Shown here one piece after another: positions 19,201 to 28,500 of a stretch of 56,571 bases of DNA. The notes under the pieces were generated by a model that saw only the letters and a list, made by a program, of their open reading frames with translations, did not search any database and was not told the origin of the DNA. Both the position numbers and the translations under genes were made by a program. Where the stretch lies: IMG/VR virus record IMGVR_UViG_3300020352_000005, positions 1 through 56,571 of that record, one strand, 5' to 3'. How positions within the stretch are numbered: the stretch's first letter is position 1; every line of letters starts with the position of its first letter. Origin of the DNA: a virus (Duplodnaviria > Caudoviricetes).

Positions 19201-20489
19201 ATATAATCAGCCATAGCTATATCATCAACTCCTGTACTGAAGTTTAGCTGAACACCATCTAAAGAAGGGTGTCTACCATTGTTATTTGATTGATAATCTA
19301 AAATTTGAAACTCTACATTTCTTTCTACTTGCTTGTTTATGTAATTTGTTAAATACTGAGCTTTTAATCTTTCAGCTGCAAGTGTTGGATTGTAGTTTCC
19401 TGAATAGTCATGAAACCGACCATCTTCAGCTATGGTTTCGTCATCAAGAAGCTCCATATACCTGTCCATGTATCCTTGTTCTTTCAAATACCCATCGAAA
19501 TCTTTTATATTAAATCCTTTAATTGATTTTAAATTTTGAGTATCATACATCATATGTATGTCAGAGTCCTCAAACCCTGTTGGCGTAAAATCATCTTCCA
19601 CAAGCTCATACTCTTCATCTGTTACAAAGTTAGGGTCATCAGGTCTATTTAGTATAGCGCTTAATTCTTCGGCTGTTGCATTTGGATTTTCATCTTGTAG
19701 TCTTTTACTCTCTGCATCATAAGCTATAATTTTTTTTCTTATAGACTCTTTTTTTTCAAAATCTCCTTCTGGAGCAACAAATTCCACCAAATCAGAAGAC
19801 TCTTCAAAAGCGTGCGTCTTGTCTAGTCTTTGGTCTGTTATTTTTTGTTTATAAGACTCAGGAGATTCGACTGCTAAAGACTGAAGTTTTTTAATGGCAT
19901 TTTTATTTCCACGAAGAGCATCGTCAATAAGTTTTTCACTTATAAACCCTTGCTCTAAAGCCTTTGAAATATTAAAGTCGGAAAGAAATTTTGATTTCAA
20001 TAAAGGGTCAACTTCTCTTGATTGCTCTCGCATCATTCTAGCCCTTGCAGAAGCACCTGGGTTTAAACTAGACTCTGTAGCTGTGTCAACCTGCATTAAA
20101 GAGTTTAAGTCATCTTGTAGGTACTCAACCTCTTCAGGTAACTCAACGTCTTCAGGAACGCCTGTATCTTCTTGGTTAGGCGTTTGTGTTTTTTCTTCCA
20201 CGGAAGAATCCAAGGAGCCAGGTTGACTTTCCGTTTCGATAGTGGATTCCGTAACTTCCGTTTCCAAATTTGAATCTGAAGTGTCGTTTGAATTTTTTTT
20301 TTCACCGAATCCTACTAATATAGAAAAATCAGATATATCTTTTGTATATCCTTTTGATTTGACATACTCAAAATTATCATTTAAAACTTCATCATCCGAA
20401 GATATCAGCTGCTGAAATTCCTGTATAGATTTGCTATACCCCTTTGATTTGGCTCTTTCGTATAAATCTTGTAATACCTCTTGATCCAT
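13293..20489 (-). CDS. giant internal virion / DNA ejection protein (putative)
   Basis: 2398 aa, helical and charged; last of three successive large ORFs after the tail genes, as for podovirus ejection proteins. Confidence 0.6.
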   Translation of the reverse strand: MDQEVLQDLYERAKSKGYSKSIQEFQQLISSDDEVLNDNFEYVKSKGYTKDISDFSILVGFGEKKNSNDTSDSNLETEVTESTIETESQPGSLDSSVEEKTQTPNQEDTGVPEDVELPEEVEYLQDDLNSLMQVDTATESSLNPGASARARMMREQSREVDPLLKSKFLSDFNISKALEQGFISEKLIDDALRGNKNAIKKLQSLAVESPESYKQKITDQRLDKTHAFEESSDLVEFVAPEGDFEKKESIRKKIIAYDAESKRLQDENPNATAEELSAILNRPDDPNFVTDEEYELVEDDFTPTGFEDSDIHMMYDTQNLKSIKGFNIKDFDGYLKEQGYMDRYMELLDDETIAEDGRFHDYSGNYNPTLAAERLKAQYLTNYINKQVERNVEFQILDYQSNNNGRHPSLDGVQLNFSTGVDDIAMADYIEKQFPSLTAKLKNQDIENQENYQRYLDGENPWFTQSVKQGWRSVEDRIHSFSKGTYGLIGMNSVADEIRMRDAQDDLERDDFMRYAYASGKKAFYNGREYGIDERGQIYDLGIKKNVTNVLTEAMADSIRREVAQSDKEFKSFSGSGTVIATTGIASDMLLQIALTRGVGNVGRGGAALLGNFDKGRKVVSGLSSIPMKGTTASAMIAQGTLFSTNLASSTYDQAIANGIDQATAVELRQKAGAQGFALGSLTAPISTQTVAMNKIFGKKGTEKLTRGLVDAYEKGGEKGLNAYFKRIQQKVVQNYPVYVKESVKEIFQENVQQAGQAFVIAENVNEVARKEIMNNTITGAEYTNTTILAGLAGLIMPFGGDLASSTSKSIKANFNPGAAAIDRLEALHGLSQDVDKTKEFLNSMVTQGVYSEEQVSNLLSDIDIYVNTINSIPTNLSPETSLVVMQSINEIQKQEQLKKKRDKSFHPEIDEKIQELRNEITTRTQFDYVNAKGKLKLKDEAAKELKKEAEDRGEKNYTIDDGAITQRAIDNFSIMDVDEKLEYTDLTKKDLKTDKKQEDAIQEPSTEKQVLPDDAASKKDGAESEVGLRQVGEGDVESSVTPEGDTETETETDQTSNTTTQTDTEQIAETSSEKEVMSVNNKVESFANRIIEQDGTTQFSDDALQFYAENQEAIDKAIAQKKKNIPKDKSRERALAIKIARGDKEFSNADIDLYAGSQADVQAEVEAIAKTNSQTVTADTYKAILASTKSTTNQDMAKPEKENAQRKRFWKAWNQSAREKKMDLKQKRKSLNDGIKAYAKKRKGKITAAQLRAVLNKVNNPNLNLDNPAAVKKVEQYVEKVFSDADFANDVDIANKLKTRATKKVNKGEYGDNGNLSGAISQIILTPTTDLSSAEIKAYNEFLQKVTKRDPKRKLDNELVKEANDLLNSLAPKIKTEQNIVEKVSTAKDKQAVDNILNPEVSGETIIEENSDFIQNKLDSLDSGTLEILVDKVNSAENENNSELVQELNDYAENRQKLINNTAKKSRNVNLNNLSKISLEQSVGPRTLRGLNKGQLAMLTGKELSQLDVYLDNMSEGFYTHFTNNIAQKVAANDRSTNMKPILDKMFTVKGKLSTMRQYAAASVKNGLGKVGFGSSRAAKQVGIRGQMIRSNPLSVMDQMFGNYKNNTIYENAIRPTAQAHARFKNWINGQTDIIDAIESLIAPSRKEGINQSVKRRFELTTYLLQLEYESNPNKKGTNPAIKFIEDTIARYNSDKKASKYNENSIAILNKIAQEYSEDGQISLKKMEDAMSTKTKKALGLLQGVYSGLGELQSYATRIVRGNELDLVNNYVHHKADYKGEERDDANFQNAINFLSLKPGTKSSTSFARSGATAIDFDPITTALRATRNTGMDYFMSNEISTTRQSMAALKNMTKNDESKTDEQQDQLNEAVLDLNKIYSEALNNVVTNNMSSTVLGGKLLNNARTLGYYSTLASVPRAGAEYASNLAFAALAAPGEFAIGSTTYGKLSMTNKGRAVVENVSSTQNTKLYSDEQLGGSKADSQGITKKKSSPRAKGGVGQTVEYVVRNTGIKHVPKAVSKIGETLVTKPDQYISRPLWFGTFAKTFKAETGSKVDFDKIAENDSDYINKYKDAIQKATNKADQNVTMAATSNDPFSSVLKNQAQDSEGMMNFYRMVNGYMSRFSLNEYATARQAVASMAGQGQLGVVRGASTLAGVGVRMSMYVMLLRYLNGAMFGMLGIGDEDDTDYEELGFRQVVGAATSLISRGVTGNIPMIPLNFAIESLNKEYGYEVGLRSEEEYNGLQHGLVYATINPSNAARNLEEATLLQLSGPFNPYAKSALRVAKLGLRYANNATEESRQENLDKLFSSRTAIEMANIFGGVPFYRDIRKGFLEEEFKEGDKVKPFTLEELKFYDIKEYNRFMKQKEFQKRNKAPKSYDEINIEKELKALEKELENL
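17246..17259 (+). repeat. 14-bp dispersed repeat, copy 4 (inside the giant CDS)
   Basis: TGTTCACACTCATC; the coding strand reads VMSVNN as in copy 3. Confidence 0.9.
17285..17491 (-). CDS. nested +1-frame small basic protein (MPFKSQAQR...)
   Basis: ATG in an A-rich context (AAAAAACAAGAAG-ATG), local GC ~50%, composition like the small basic late proteins. Confidence 0.55.
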   Translation of the reverse strand: MPFKSQAQRSKCYQMMQQAKKMGQSPKWDCDKWEKETLNQALPQRVTPKRKRKPTKLATRLRRQILNR

Positions 20490-20495
20490 TTAGTT

Positions 20496-22457
20496 TTATT
20501 TATCTTTGTAAATTACGCCTGATGATGATGTTCCTTGTATTTGTTCTCCAGATAAAGCTCTATCTAGATTCTCCATTAACCATTTATGATTATCTGATGT
20601 ATAACCTACGTTTTTGTATTTTACTCCATCTATAGTTATGCTTATCTCATCTGTTCCATCCATATTAGATAAGTCATCAAAACTTACTTTTATATTAGGT
20701 ATATCCCCATACCTTGCACGAGCCTTATCAACTACAACCTGAGCTTTAGCTGCCATCTCACCTTCATCATCTTTTTCAATATATTGAGAAGCGTATGTAA
20801 TATCATTTCCATCTTTTCCAATAGCTAATTTACCCAAACCTCCGTAACTTTCTTTAGGAGTTTCAAAGTTTTCAAAATCTTTTATATCCTGACTTAGTGG
20901 GTCTCCAGCTTTATAATCAGATTTATTAGCATATGCTTCTGCAGGGTAACCAAGTTCAGCAGCAAATAACTTACCGACATCAACAGCATCTCTATCCTTA
21001 CCAAGAGGAATAGGCGCTGTTTTTGTTCCGTCTGCTTTAGTGAATATCACTTCGTCAACTGATCCTTCATCAGCAGGGTCGGCTTTATTTATCTCAAAAT
21101 TAACTACATTAGGGTTTTCCCTGACTATAGCTTCTAAGCTATCTCTATTACCTGTTCCAACTACTTGGTCAATTAACTTAAAGGTACTATCCTTTTTGTC
21201 ATCTCCTGGCTTGGGGTCTTTTTTCTGGAATTCACTTCTCTTAGTTCCTTTGTCGGTAATGTCTTTCTTTAGTGCTGCGTATACACTTGTTCTAGCTATA
21301 TTTTCAGCCGCTTCTCTATCTTTTGGTTCAAGTTCAGGAACTATTTGTCCATTTGCTGATGTCACTAGTTTTATATATTTACTTTTAGTACCTGTTTGTT
21401 GATTTCCAGAAGCATCTGTCCATGTATATGTAACCGTTTCCTTTTTTTGAGCATCTGTCAATCCATCCCATTGAGCCACATTAAGAGGTATAGATTGTTG
21501 CGACTGAGGCCCATTATCAGAAAGTATACTCACTATCCTGTCTGGAGTTGAAGTTAAGGTAGACACACCATCGTCAATCATAGCTTTTAATTGTGGGTTT
21601 GCTCTTTGATTGTCCTCTATAGTACCAAGCAATAAACCGTTTTTTGACATTGTGTCAAAAGTTTGCCCCAACGCAGTATTAGGCCCAACAACGTTCATTA
21701 CATTTGTTTGCAAATCAAGTCTATCAGCCCTTTGATTTCGACCTCTGTCAAAACTAAGAACACTCATGTCTTTCAGTCCGTCAATAGGAATTGGATTTCC
21801 GTCTGCGTCTTTTATTAAAACTCTAGTCCCTGTAAGCTCATCAATTTCTGTTTTATAAAAAGTTACTTTAGCCATTCCGTTCTCTCCAAAAGTAACATTG
21901 GTGAACTCAGGATTACCCATTCTGCTCTGAAGGTCTTGAAGCGAAGCCTCATAAGCCCCTGATGCAGGTGGAACATATATTGGTTTACCTTGTGCGTCTA
22001 ACTTTTGAGAACCATCTTCGTTTGTTTCGTAATAACCTTTTGACCTTTTTAGTGTTTCTTCTCTTCTTTTTGCATAGTCATTTATTTGATTAGCTAAAAT
22101 TTCAAAAGATTGTTTTCCGTTTTCTTGAAATATTAAGTTGTCTTCAGGCTTTATCATTCCTGCTTGGACTAAACCCATGTTTCCATAAAGCTGATCTTTA
22201 TAGCTAGCGAGAGCTTTTAAAGCTAGGTCTCTGTCTGTCTTGTCTGATGGTAGGTTTTCGTATACTTCTTTTTCGGCTTCTCTGTACTTTGAAGCGGTAT
22301 CTGTTTTTAGTTTTAAACGAGCCGCATCTATATTATCTTTCCAGGTTTTTACATCACCTGCAAAATCATCTATACCTTTTATTAGTGTGCTTTTATCGTC
22401 AACTCCTGTGTTTCCTTGAAGTATTGAAAACTTTGCTGCTTCTAATGCGTTACCCAT
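20496..22457 (-). CDS. internal virion / ejection protein (putative)
   Basis: 653 aa, between the Ala-rich and giant internal proteins. Confidence 0.55.
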   Translation of the reverse strand: MGNALEAAKFSILQGNTGVDDKSTLIKGIDDFAGDVKTWKDNIDAARLKLKTDTASKYREAEKEVYENLPSDKTDRDLALKALASYKDQLYGNMGLVQAGMIKPEDNLIFQENGKQSFEILANQINDYAKRREETLKRSKGYYETNEDGSQKLDAQGKPIYVPPASGAYEASLQDLQSRMGNPEFTNVTFGENGMAKVTFYKTEIDELTGTRVLIKDADGNPIPIDGLKDMSVLSFDRGRNQRADRLDLQTNVMNVVGPNTALGQTFDTMSKNGLLLGTIEDNQRANPQLKAMIDDGVSTLTSTPDRIVSILSDNGPQSQQSIPLNVAQWDGLTDAQKKETVTYTWTDASGNQQTGTKSKYIKLVTSANGQIVPELEPKDREAAENIARTSVYAALKKDITDKGTKRSEFQKKDPKPGDDKKDSTFKLIDQVVGTGNRDSLEAIVRENPNVVNFEINKADPADEGSVDEVIFTKADGTKTAPIPLGKDRDAVDVGKLFAAELGYPAEAYANKSDYKAGDPLSQDIKDFENFETPKESYGGLGKLAIGKDGNDITYASQYIEKDDEGEMAAKAQVVVDKARARYGDIPNIKVSFDDLSNMDGTDEISITIDGVKYKNVGYTSDNHKWLMENLDRALSGEQIQGTSSSGVIYKDK

Positions 22458-22463
22458 ATCTTA

Positions 22464-23426
22464 TTAGTTTGTAAATTGACTTAATAAATTACCGAAAGAG
22501 TTGAAATCTCCGTATCCACCTAATATCTTATTAAAGTCAGCAATCGCTCCTGACTCTTTTTGTTGTTGCTCTTGCAAATACGCTTTGCCCTCTGGAGTTT
22601 GAAGGTATTGCTGCATAAGTGAATTCATATCAAGATTTGGTATACCTCCCACCGAAGGAAGCGATGTTGCTGAAGTCGTAGTCGGTGCTGCAGATGTGGT
22701 TGGCGCTAAAGTCGGCATTGCCCCTGTTTTTCTTATACTTCTAAGCTCGTTTCTTGACAGCCCCTTTACTTGGTCTAATGCAGCAGTTCTCGATAAAGCA
22801 CCGCCTGATTTATCAACTAAAGCATCTGCCGCCTTACCTTGTGCGTTTTTTCCACCTGCCATTCCTCCAAAAGCTCCTATACCTATTTGTAAAGCGCTTA
22901 CTCCTGCGTCTAAAAACGAACTTGTTGCTTGACCTTTTAAATCGTCTGCTTGTTTATTCAAAGCGTCTGCCTTAACTCCTGCTGCAGCTGCTCTATCATC
23001 CATAAGTGCCGCTATTTCTTCCGAAGACTTTTCATCTGCTGAAGCTCTAGCTAAATCTATATTTAGTTTTTGGTCAGCAAACTTTTCAGCAGTTTTATCG
23101 GTTTGCAAGTCTGTTGCTGCTTTAACTTTACCTGCTGTTGCAGCCACACCTCTTTGGTCGCCTTCTTGAGCTGCTTCAATAATAGTAGCTCCTGTTACGT
23201 TATCTTGTTGTAGTTTTCTGTCGTAAATATCTGTAGCTACTCTAACCTCATCTAAAAAGTTTTGTTCTAGCCTTGCTATAGATTCTTCTTCAAGTTGTTT
23301 CTTTTCTAACTCAAATCTTCCTGCCTGTCTTGCTGCTGTTTTAGCAGCGTCCCCTGCAAAAATACCTTTTGCTACTGAACTACCTACTGCTACTGTTGCC
23401 GCTGCTATTGTTGTAAATGCTGCCAT
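22464..23426 (-). CDS. Ala/Gly-rich ejection (pilot-type) protein
   Basis: Hydrophobic Ala/Gly N-terminus, coiled coil and a second Gly-rich hydrophobic patch, as in T7 gp14/P22 gp7-type proteins. Confidence 0.6.
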   Translation of the reverse strand: MAAFTTIAAATVAVGSSVAKGIFAGDAAKTAARQAGRFELEKKQLEEESIARLEQNFLDEVRVATDIYDRKLQQDNVTGATIIEAAQEGDQRGVAATAGKVKAATDLQTDKTAEKFADQKLNIDLARASADEKSSEEIAALMDDRAAAAGVKADALNKQADDLKGQATSSFLDAGVSALQIGIGAFGGMAGGKNAQGKAADALVDKSGGALSRTAALDQVKGLSRNELRSIRKTGAMPTLAPTTSAAPTTTSATSLPSVGGIPNLDMNSLMQQYLQTPEGKAYLQEQQQKESGAIADFNKILGGYGDFNSFGNLLSQFTN

Positions 23427-23427
23427 A

Positions 23428-23838
23428 TTATAATAATTTCATCATTTCTGCGTTATAAGTATCCGCCTTTATATATCCGTTTTCTTCATACGTTTTGATT
23501 AAAGAGTCATGCTTTAAAAGTGCATATCCGTATTTACATCCACTTAGCTTTAACGTATGACTTAACATGTTAACCAAAAAAGACAACGCTTTTTTTCTTT
23601 TTTTTCTGTCTTTGTACTCAATATTTGATATAATCCAATCACACCAACCTACTTTTGAGTTTGTAACATATATATATCCTGCACACACAGGTATGTCTTT
23701 ATCGTACACTATAAAACCACCTTTAGCATTATCTGGAAGAAAATCTTTTGGAGGGGGTGTCCATCTCCAATCCTTCCACCATTTTACTAAAATGGATTCA
23801 TAATCAGTTTCATTTAATTCTCTTACAGTAAATTCCAT
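23428..23838 (-). CDS. GNAT-fold acetyltransferase-like protein
   Basis: VRELNETDY start, IPVCAGYIY, WIISN.EY and YEENGY pattern. Confidence 0.55.
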   Translation of the reverse strand: MEFTVRELNETDYESILVKWWKDWRWTPPPKDFLPDNAKGGFIVYDKDIPVCAGYIYVTNSKVGWCDWIISNIEYKDRKKRKKALSFLVNMLSHTLKLSGCKYGYALLKHDSLIKTYEENGYIKADTYNAEMMKLL

Positions 23839-23843
23839 TTACG

Positions 23844-23851
23844 CAAAGATA
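23844..23851 (-). promoter_or_regulatory. Bacteroidota -7 promoter element TATCTTTG
   Basis: Matches TAnnTTTG, 5 nt upstream of ATG 23838. Confidence 0.6.
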
Positions 23852-23857
23852 CAAATT

Positions 23858-24628
23858 CTAAGGAAAACTTTTGAAGACGTCTGAATCAACAGTAAAAAGC
23901 TCTACTGCAGAAGTGCTGTTGTTTGTTAGCTTAAACTGCATAAAATAACCAGTTGCTCCATATGACTCTGCCACGCTATTCTTTGTGGTAAATATTAAAG
24001 AACCCACAGGTATTGCTGAACCTAGTGGAGTAAAATCAACAGCATCTACAGAAACACTTCTTCTGTCAGGGCTAATGACTGTTATAGGGCCAACTCGCTC
24101 TATGTTGCCTCCATCTTTAAAATACAACAAATCTCCATAGTTTATGATATTACTGATAGATACTGAAAACTCTAAATCTATAATACCAGGTGACACACCT
24201 GATGTAGATACAAAAGCTCCTATTCCTTGTGTAGATCTTAAAGCAAAGTCTGTGCTATTTGGAACTCTTCTTATGAAAGCAAACCAAGCTCCTTCTTTTT
24301 GTTCAAAATATGTGTCATCTATCAGCCCTGTGCTTAAGTCTGTAATTAAACTGCAATCCCAAGAATCATCACTTTCAAGCTCAATAGTCTTAAATACTTT
24401 AACAGTTGTGGGTTCTTGATTGAACACACCTGTAAGTGTTGATGAATAATCTACGCCATAATATCTGTTTCTAATATTATTGGTATTATGTCTATATAAA
24501 TTACCACCACTAAACGTATATAAAAATTGATTCATTCCTAATATAAAATCAGGCATGTAACTATAAAAAGAAGGCCATCCTTTTACTGATTCGCTAAATG
24601 TTAAAGTATAATTAAGTTCTGCTTCCAT
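23858..24628 (-). CDS. tail protein resembling the C-terminal part of tail nozzle/stabilization proteins
   Basis: TLTFSESVKGWPSFYSY, KVFKTIELES and FEQKEGAWFAFI motifs. Confidence 0.55.
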   Translation of the reverse strand: MEAELNYTLTFSESVKGWPSFYSYMPDFILGMNQFLYTFSGGNLYRHNTNNIRNRYYGVDYSSTLTGVFNQEPTTVKVFKTIELESDDSWDCSLITDLSTGLIDDTYFEQKEGAWFAFIRRVPNSTDFALRSTQGIGAFVSTSGVSPGIIDLEFSVSISNIINYGDLLYFKDGGNIERVGPITVISPDRRSVSVDAVDFTPLGSAIPVGSLIFTTKNSVAESYGATGYFMQFKLTNNSTSAVELFTVDSDVFKSFP

Positions 24629-24638
24629 ATGTTTTTTT

Positions 24639-25565
24639 TTAAGGGCCTACACAATTTTGTATACTGCTCACAACCCCTTGTGTTACTGTAATTACTTGAT
24701 TATTATCCATCATATAGTTTTGGTCTGTAGCTCTATTTACCCCATCGTGGTCTAAAAACACAGGATTATTTACTACAGGATAAGCATTTGAATCTCCTTG
24801 AAATCTAGCAAAAAATAAGGTAGTATCTGTAGCCTGACAAAAATTACCTGCACCTATTGCTTTTCCTTGAAATGAAGGCAATGCCGCAGGGCATTCTACA
24901 GACAAGTTCCACCCTGTTCCTCCACAAGGCCCTAGTACTTGTATTGTTACATTTCCTGGCAATGCATTTGGTTTTGGCACTACCAATACACTAAATTCAT
25001 TCATTCCACCTCTTACATCGTCTCCTGTATTTATAGTTATGCTTTGTGGTGATGGTGTGCCACCTATCCAACCTGTATTGTCATAACCATCAAAAAAGTT
25101 GTAATTAGCTGTGTTTGGTGAATTAGGAACACAATTGTCATTAGGATTTCCTAGTATTGTAAATGAATCTGCAACACCACTTGTTGATTGCCTGTTTCCG
25201 TCTGTAGGGCTAGACAGTCTATTATAATACACCCCATCATACAAAACTCTTATTCCGTCAGGAACACTTTGAGGACTGAAGTAAACGAGAATAGCACCTG
25301 TATCGTTGGAGGTACTTCCAACAGATATGTCTAATTGATATAAACCTGTTGCTCCAGCAGGGGGAGTTAAAGTTCCACCGCAAGGTATTCCACATATTTC
25401 GCATTCAAATAAAGGCCCTAAAAGTCCGTTGAGTTGAGTCCTATATTGTTCATTGTATTGATATACTCCGTCTGATGCTTTTATTGTTAAATGAATATCA
25501 TCATATACAGCTGTTGCTGTGGAAAAACTTGACGAGTCTATGTATTTATTTTCTATACTTGGCAT
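24639..25565 (-). CDS. virion structural protein (beta-rich, Cys/Gly/Pro-rich)
   Basis: 308 aa in the tail module; SVPDGIRVLYDG motif. Confidence 0.55.
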   Translation of the reverse strand: MPSIENKYIDSSSFSTATAVYDDIHLTIKASDGVYQYNEQYRTQLNGLLGPLFECEICGIPCGGTLTPPAGATGLYQLDISVGSTSNDTGAILVYFSPQSVPDGIRVLYDGVYYNRLSSPTDGNRQSTSGVADSFTILGNPNDNCVPNSPNTANYNFFDGYDNTGWIGGTPSPQSITINTGDDVRGGMNEFSVLVVPKPNALPGNVTIQVLGPCGGTGWNLSVECPAALPSFQGKAIGAGNFCQATDTTLFFARFQGDSNAYPVVNNPVFLDHDGVNRATDQNYMMDNNQVITVTQGVVSSIQNCVGP

Positions 25566-25575
25566 AATTTAATTT

Positions 25576-28500
25576 TTAAAATGGAGGTGGAGGTGGTTCT
25601 TCACATTCGCAGCACGCTTCCGATGGGCTTGCCACATCATAACAAAACTGCAATAGTGTTGGTTCTCTTAAATCCCAAACTAAATACAAATAATCCACTT
25701 GATTGCTATATGTAAAACTAGCTTGATATTCAGGAGCTGTACCTGTAATTGGTGTAGCTGTATTTAGTAAAGGTATTAATGTATTCAAGTCCGCTTCATC
25801 ATAATTAACATTACTTAATAAATACTTAAACTTATCAGATGCAGGGTCAAACTCAAAAGTTTCACCTGGATTTTGCCTATTCCTCATTATTACTGTAGCA
25901 CCTAAAGCAGGTAAAGCTCCAAATGAAGATGGCCCTGTAGTCTCGTTAAATAACGAAACTCCGTCTGCATCTAAGGTTAATATATTTGTACTATAAGGAC
26001 TTAAGTCTGTACCTAAAGACCATCTATATCTACAAGTTGTTGTTAGGTTTACATCTCCTGCGGAGTTTATAACTATTTCTTTTACAGTAAGCTCTTGCGT
26101 TGCAGGACACTTAAATTCTATTTGAAATGAAGCAACACCATTAACAGGTGTAATGGTTATGTTTGCGTCCGAAGGATTGTTTAGTGTTTTATTGAAAGAT
26201 ACAGTACCATTCCCTGTAACGTTTTGACTTATTGCTATAGACCCATTCCATTCTACCGCAATATTAACATCTCCTGTGACATCATAAACTAAATCACATT
26301 GACCTATAATAGTGCTATAATTAACTACTAATTCATATTCTGTATTAGAATTAGATATATTTAACACATATCCACAGTCTCTGACGTTAGGTGGTTGAGG
26401 AAGTTTCTTCATATTAGAACTTAAAACAAACTCATTCATGTAGGGATCAAACCCTCCTAATTTTTGAGTCTCAAAAGAATCTAGAAATAAATCCCTAAAC
26501 CAAGACCTCATACCTACTTCAGATATAACGCTTAATCGGTCTGCCTGAGCTGAACCTCCTTTTAGTTGTAAAACAGAATTTCTTTTTGCATCTGTAAAAA
26601 ATACATCATAGCCATAAGAAGCAAAGCTTTCAGGGTTATTACTTATTCCATACTCTTCAATTCTTGCAATTTGAGTACCTAAAACCTCAGGCACAGATGT
26701 AATTGCCCCACCTGCAGCTGCATCCGAAAGTAAGTTTTTTCCTACAAGAACATAAGATATCTTATCTTCCTGCAAGGTAAGTATATCTGTTTGTCTTGCA
26801 TGCATTTTTCTAATAGGCCCATATGATGTCTCTAATGTTTTAAAGTTACTTAGAGCCAAATTAAATTGATTTAACTTATTTAAGTTTGTTTCTTGATTAA
26901 AGACACCGCTATAAGTTATATCTGAAAATCTATGACTCTCCTTGTATTGTTCTTCAGATACTGAAGTAACCTTTTCTCCTAGCTCCACCATTGGCTTTAT
27001 TAAGCCGTCTAAAACATGACTACTCTCTACTCCATTACCAAACGTATAACAATTAAAGAAACTTAAATCTATAATTGCAGGTTGACCTGCTGTTTGGTTT
27101 TGGTCTGCGTCAGCCGTTCCTGACATATGAAAGCCATTTACAATATCAAACGACTGTTCGTTTTCATAATACAATTCGTCATTTGTTTCTAGTGGCTCTG
27201 TTTCAAATACAGTTAATGTAGCCGCTCTTTCTATATCAACTATAACTCTATTATACGAGCCTCTTTTGTTGGGGCTACCACACTTCGGTGTTCCACTTTG
27301 GTAAACTAAATATAAATCGTTAGCGCCCCAAGCCCCAGGCGTTCCATTTGACTGAAAGCCCATATAGCTTTGACCACCTGATGCAAGATATGTACGGTAT
27401 GGCTTTATATCATCGTATTGATTTTGTTGATTAATAGTGTCATCATTTCCTGTTGAAACTCCATTCGTTAAATTAATATTATCGCCTATATACCAATCAT
27501 ACAAGCTGTCAAAATCTTGTGAAGATGTAAATTTCTTTTTGTACACATAATATCTACTACCGCACTTACTTCCTCTACTTCTTCTGTTTGCTGCAATTTC
27601 TATATTTATTATTGACCCTGCAGGAATATCAAAAGGAATTCTATCTCCTGGATTAGCTTCATCATCAATCGAACATGAAACCGCAGAAAATGGATAATTA
27701 TCTCCATCACTATCACCTAATTCTATTCTAGCATTTGGTGGCTTATTGGCTGCAAAGTTTGTAGCTTTTAATTTCATGTACACACCTGAGGGTTGTCCAC
27801 AAATTCCTGAAATTACATCTCCATTAGCATCTTTTTCGCATAAAAAATCTTTAGCTTCTGAACCATATCCTAAAACTTTTGTAGAGGCACAATTTACAAC
27901 AGGCCCATTTGTGTCTGCTTTTACATATAAAACCCCATTATCTTTAACCTTGTCGGAATTGTCTCCTTCAAGTAAATAGTATACATCCCCTGTTTCTTCC
28001 TCTTGAAAAAATATGTTAGAATATATAGTCCTGTACAATCCTTTTGATTCTTTAATTACAAACTTGTATTTAGTTGCCCAATAAGGAGGGTAGCTATTTA
28101 ATTGAACTCTTATGTTATTTTGGTCTACAGACCTATCACATGGAATAAATACAGTATTGTCTGTGTCAACCAAAGCTGTTGACGCTCTTCCGTATTCGTC
28201 CATGTATACAATAGCTACTTCGTAATCTCTATTACTATGTAAACTTCCCTTTGAACTATCTTCAGCATAAAGACCTTCTGCATTAGTTGCAGTTAAGTAT
28301 TCATATGCTATAGTTCCTGTTGGTGTGGGTGGGGTTACTGTTTGGTCGTATTCCTCAAATTTTAAAGCAGGTATAATAAAACTAATTTCATCACTACCCT
28401 GTGATGTTTCAATACCAAATCCTTGAGTAGTTCCGCTAATTCCAAAATCAATAAGCTCCCAACCTGTCTTGGTTTGAACGCCACAAATATAATTATCTGT

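Noticed and set aside
13293-20489. Giant ORF as a virion RNA polymerase (crAss- or N4-type)
   Set aside because: I saw no DxDxD/DFDGD or T7-type catalytic motifs; it cannot be fully excluded without structure prediction.
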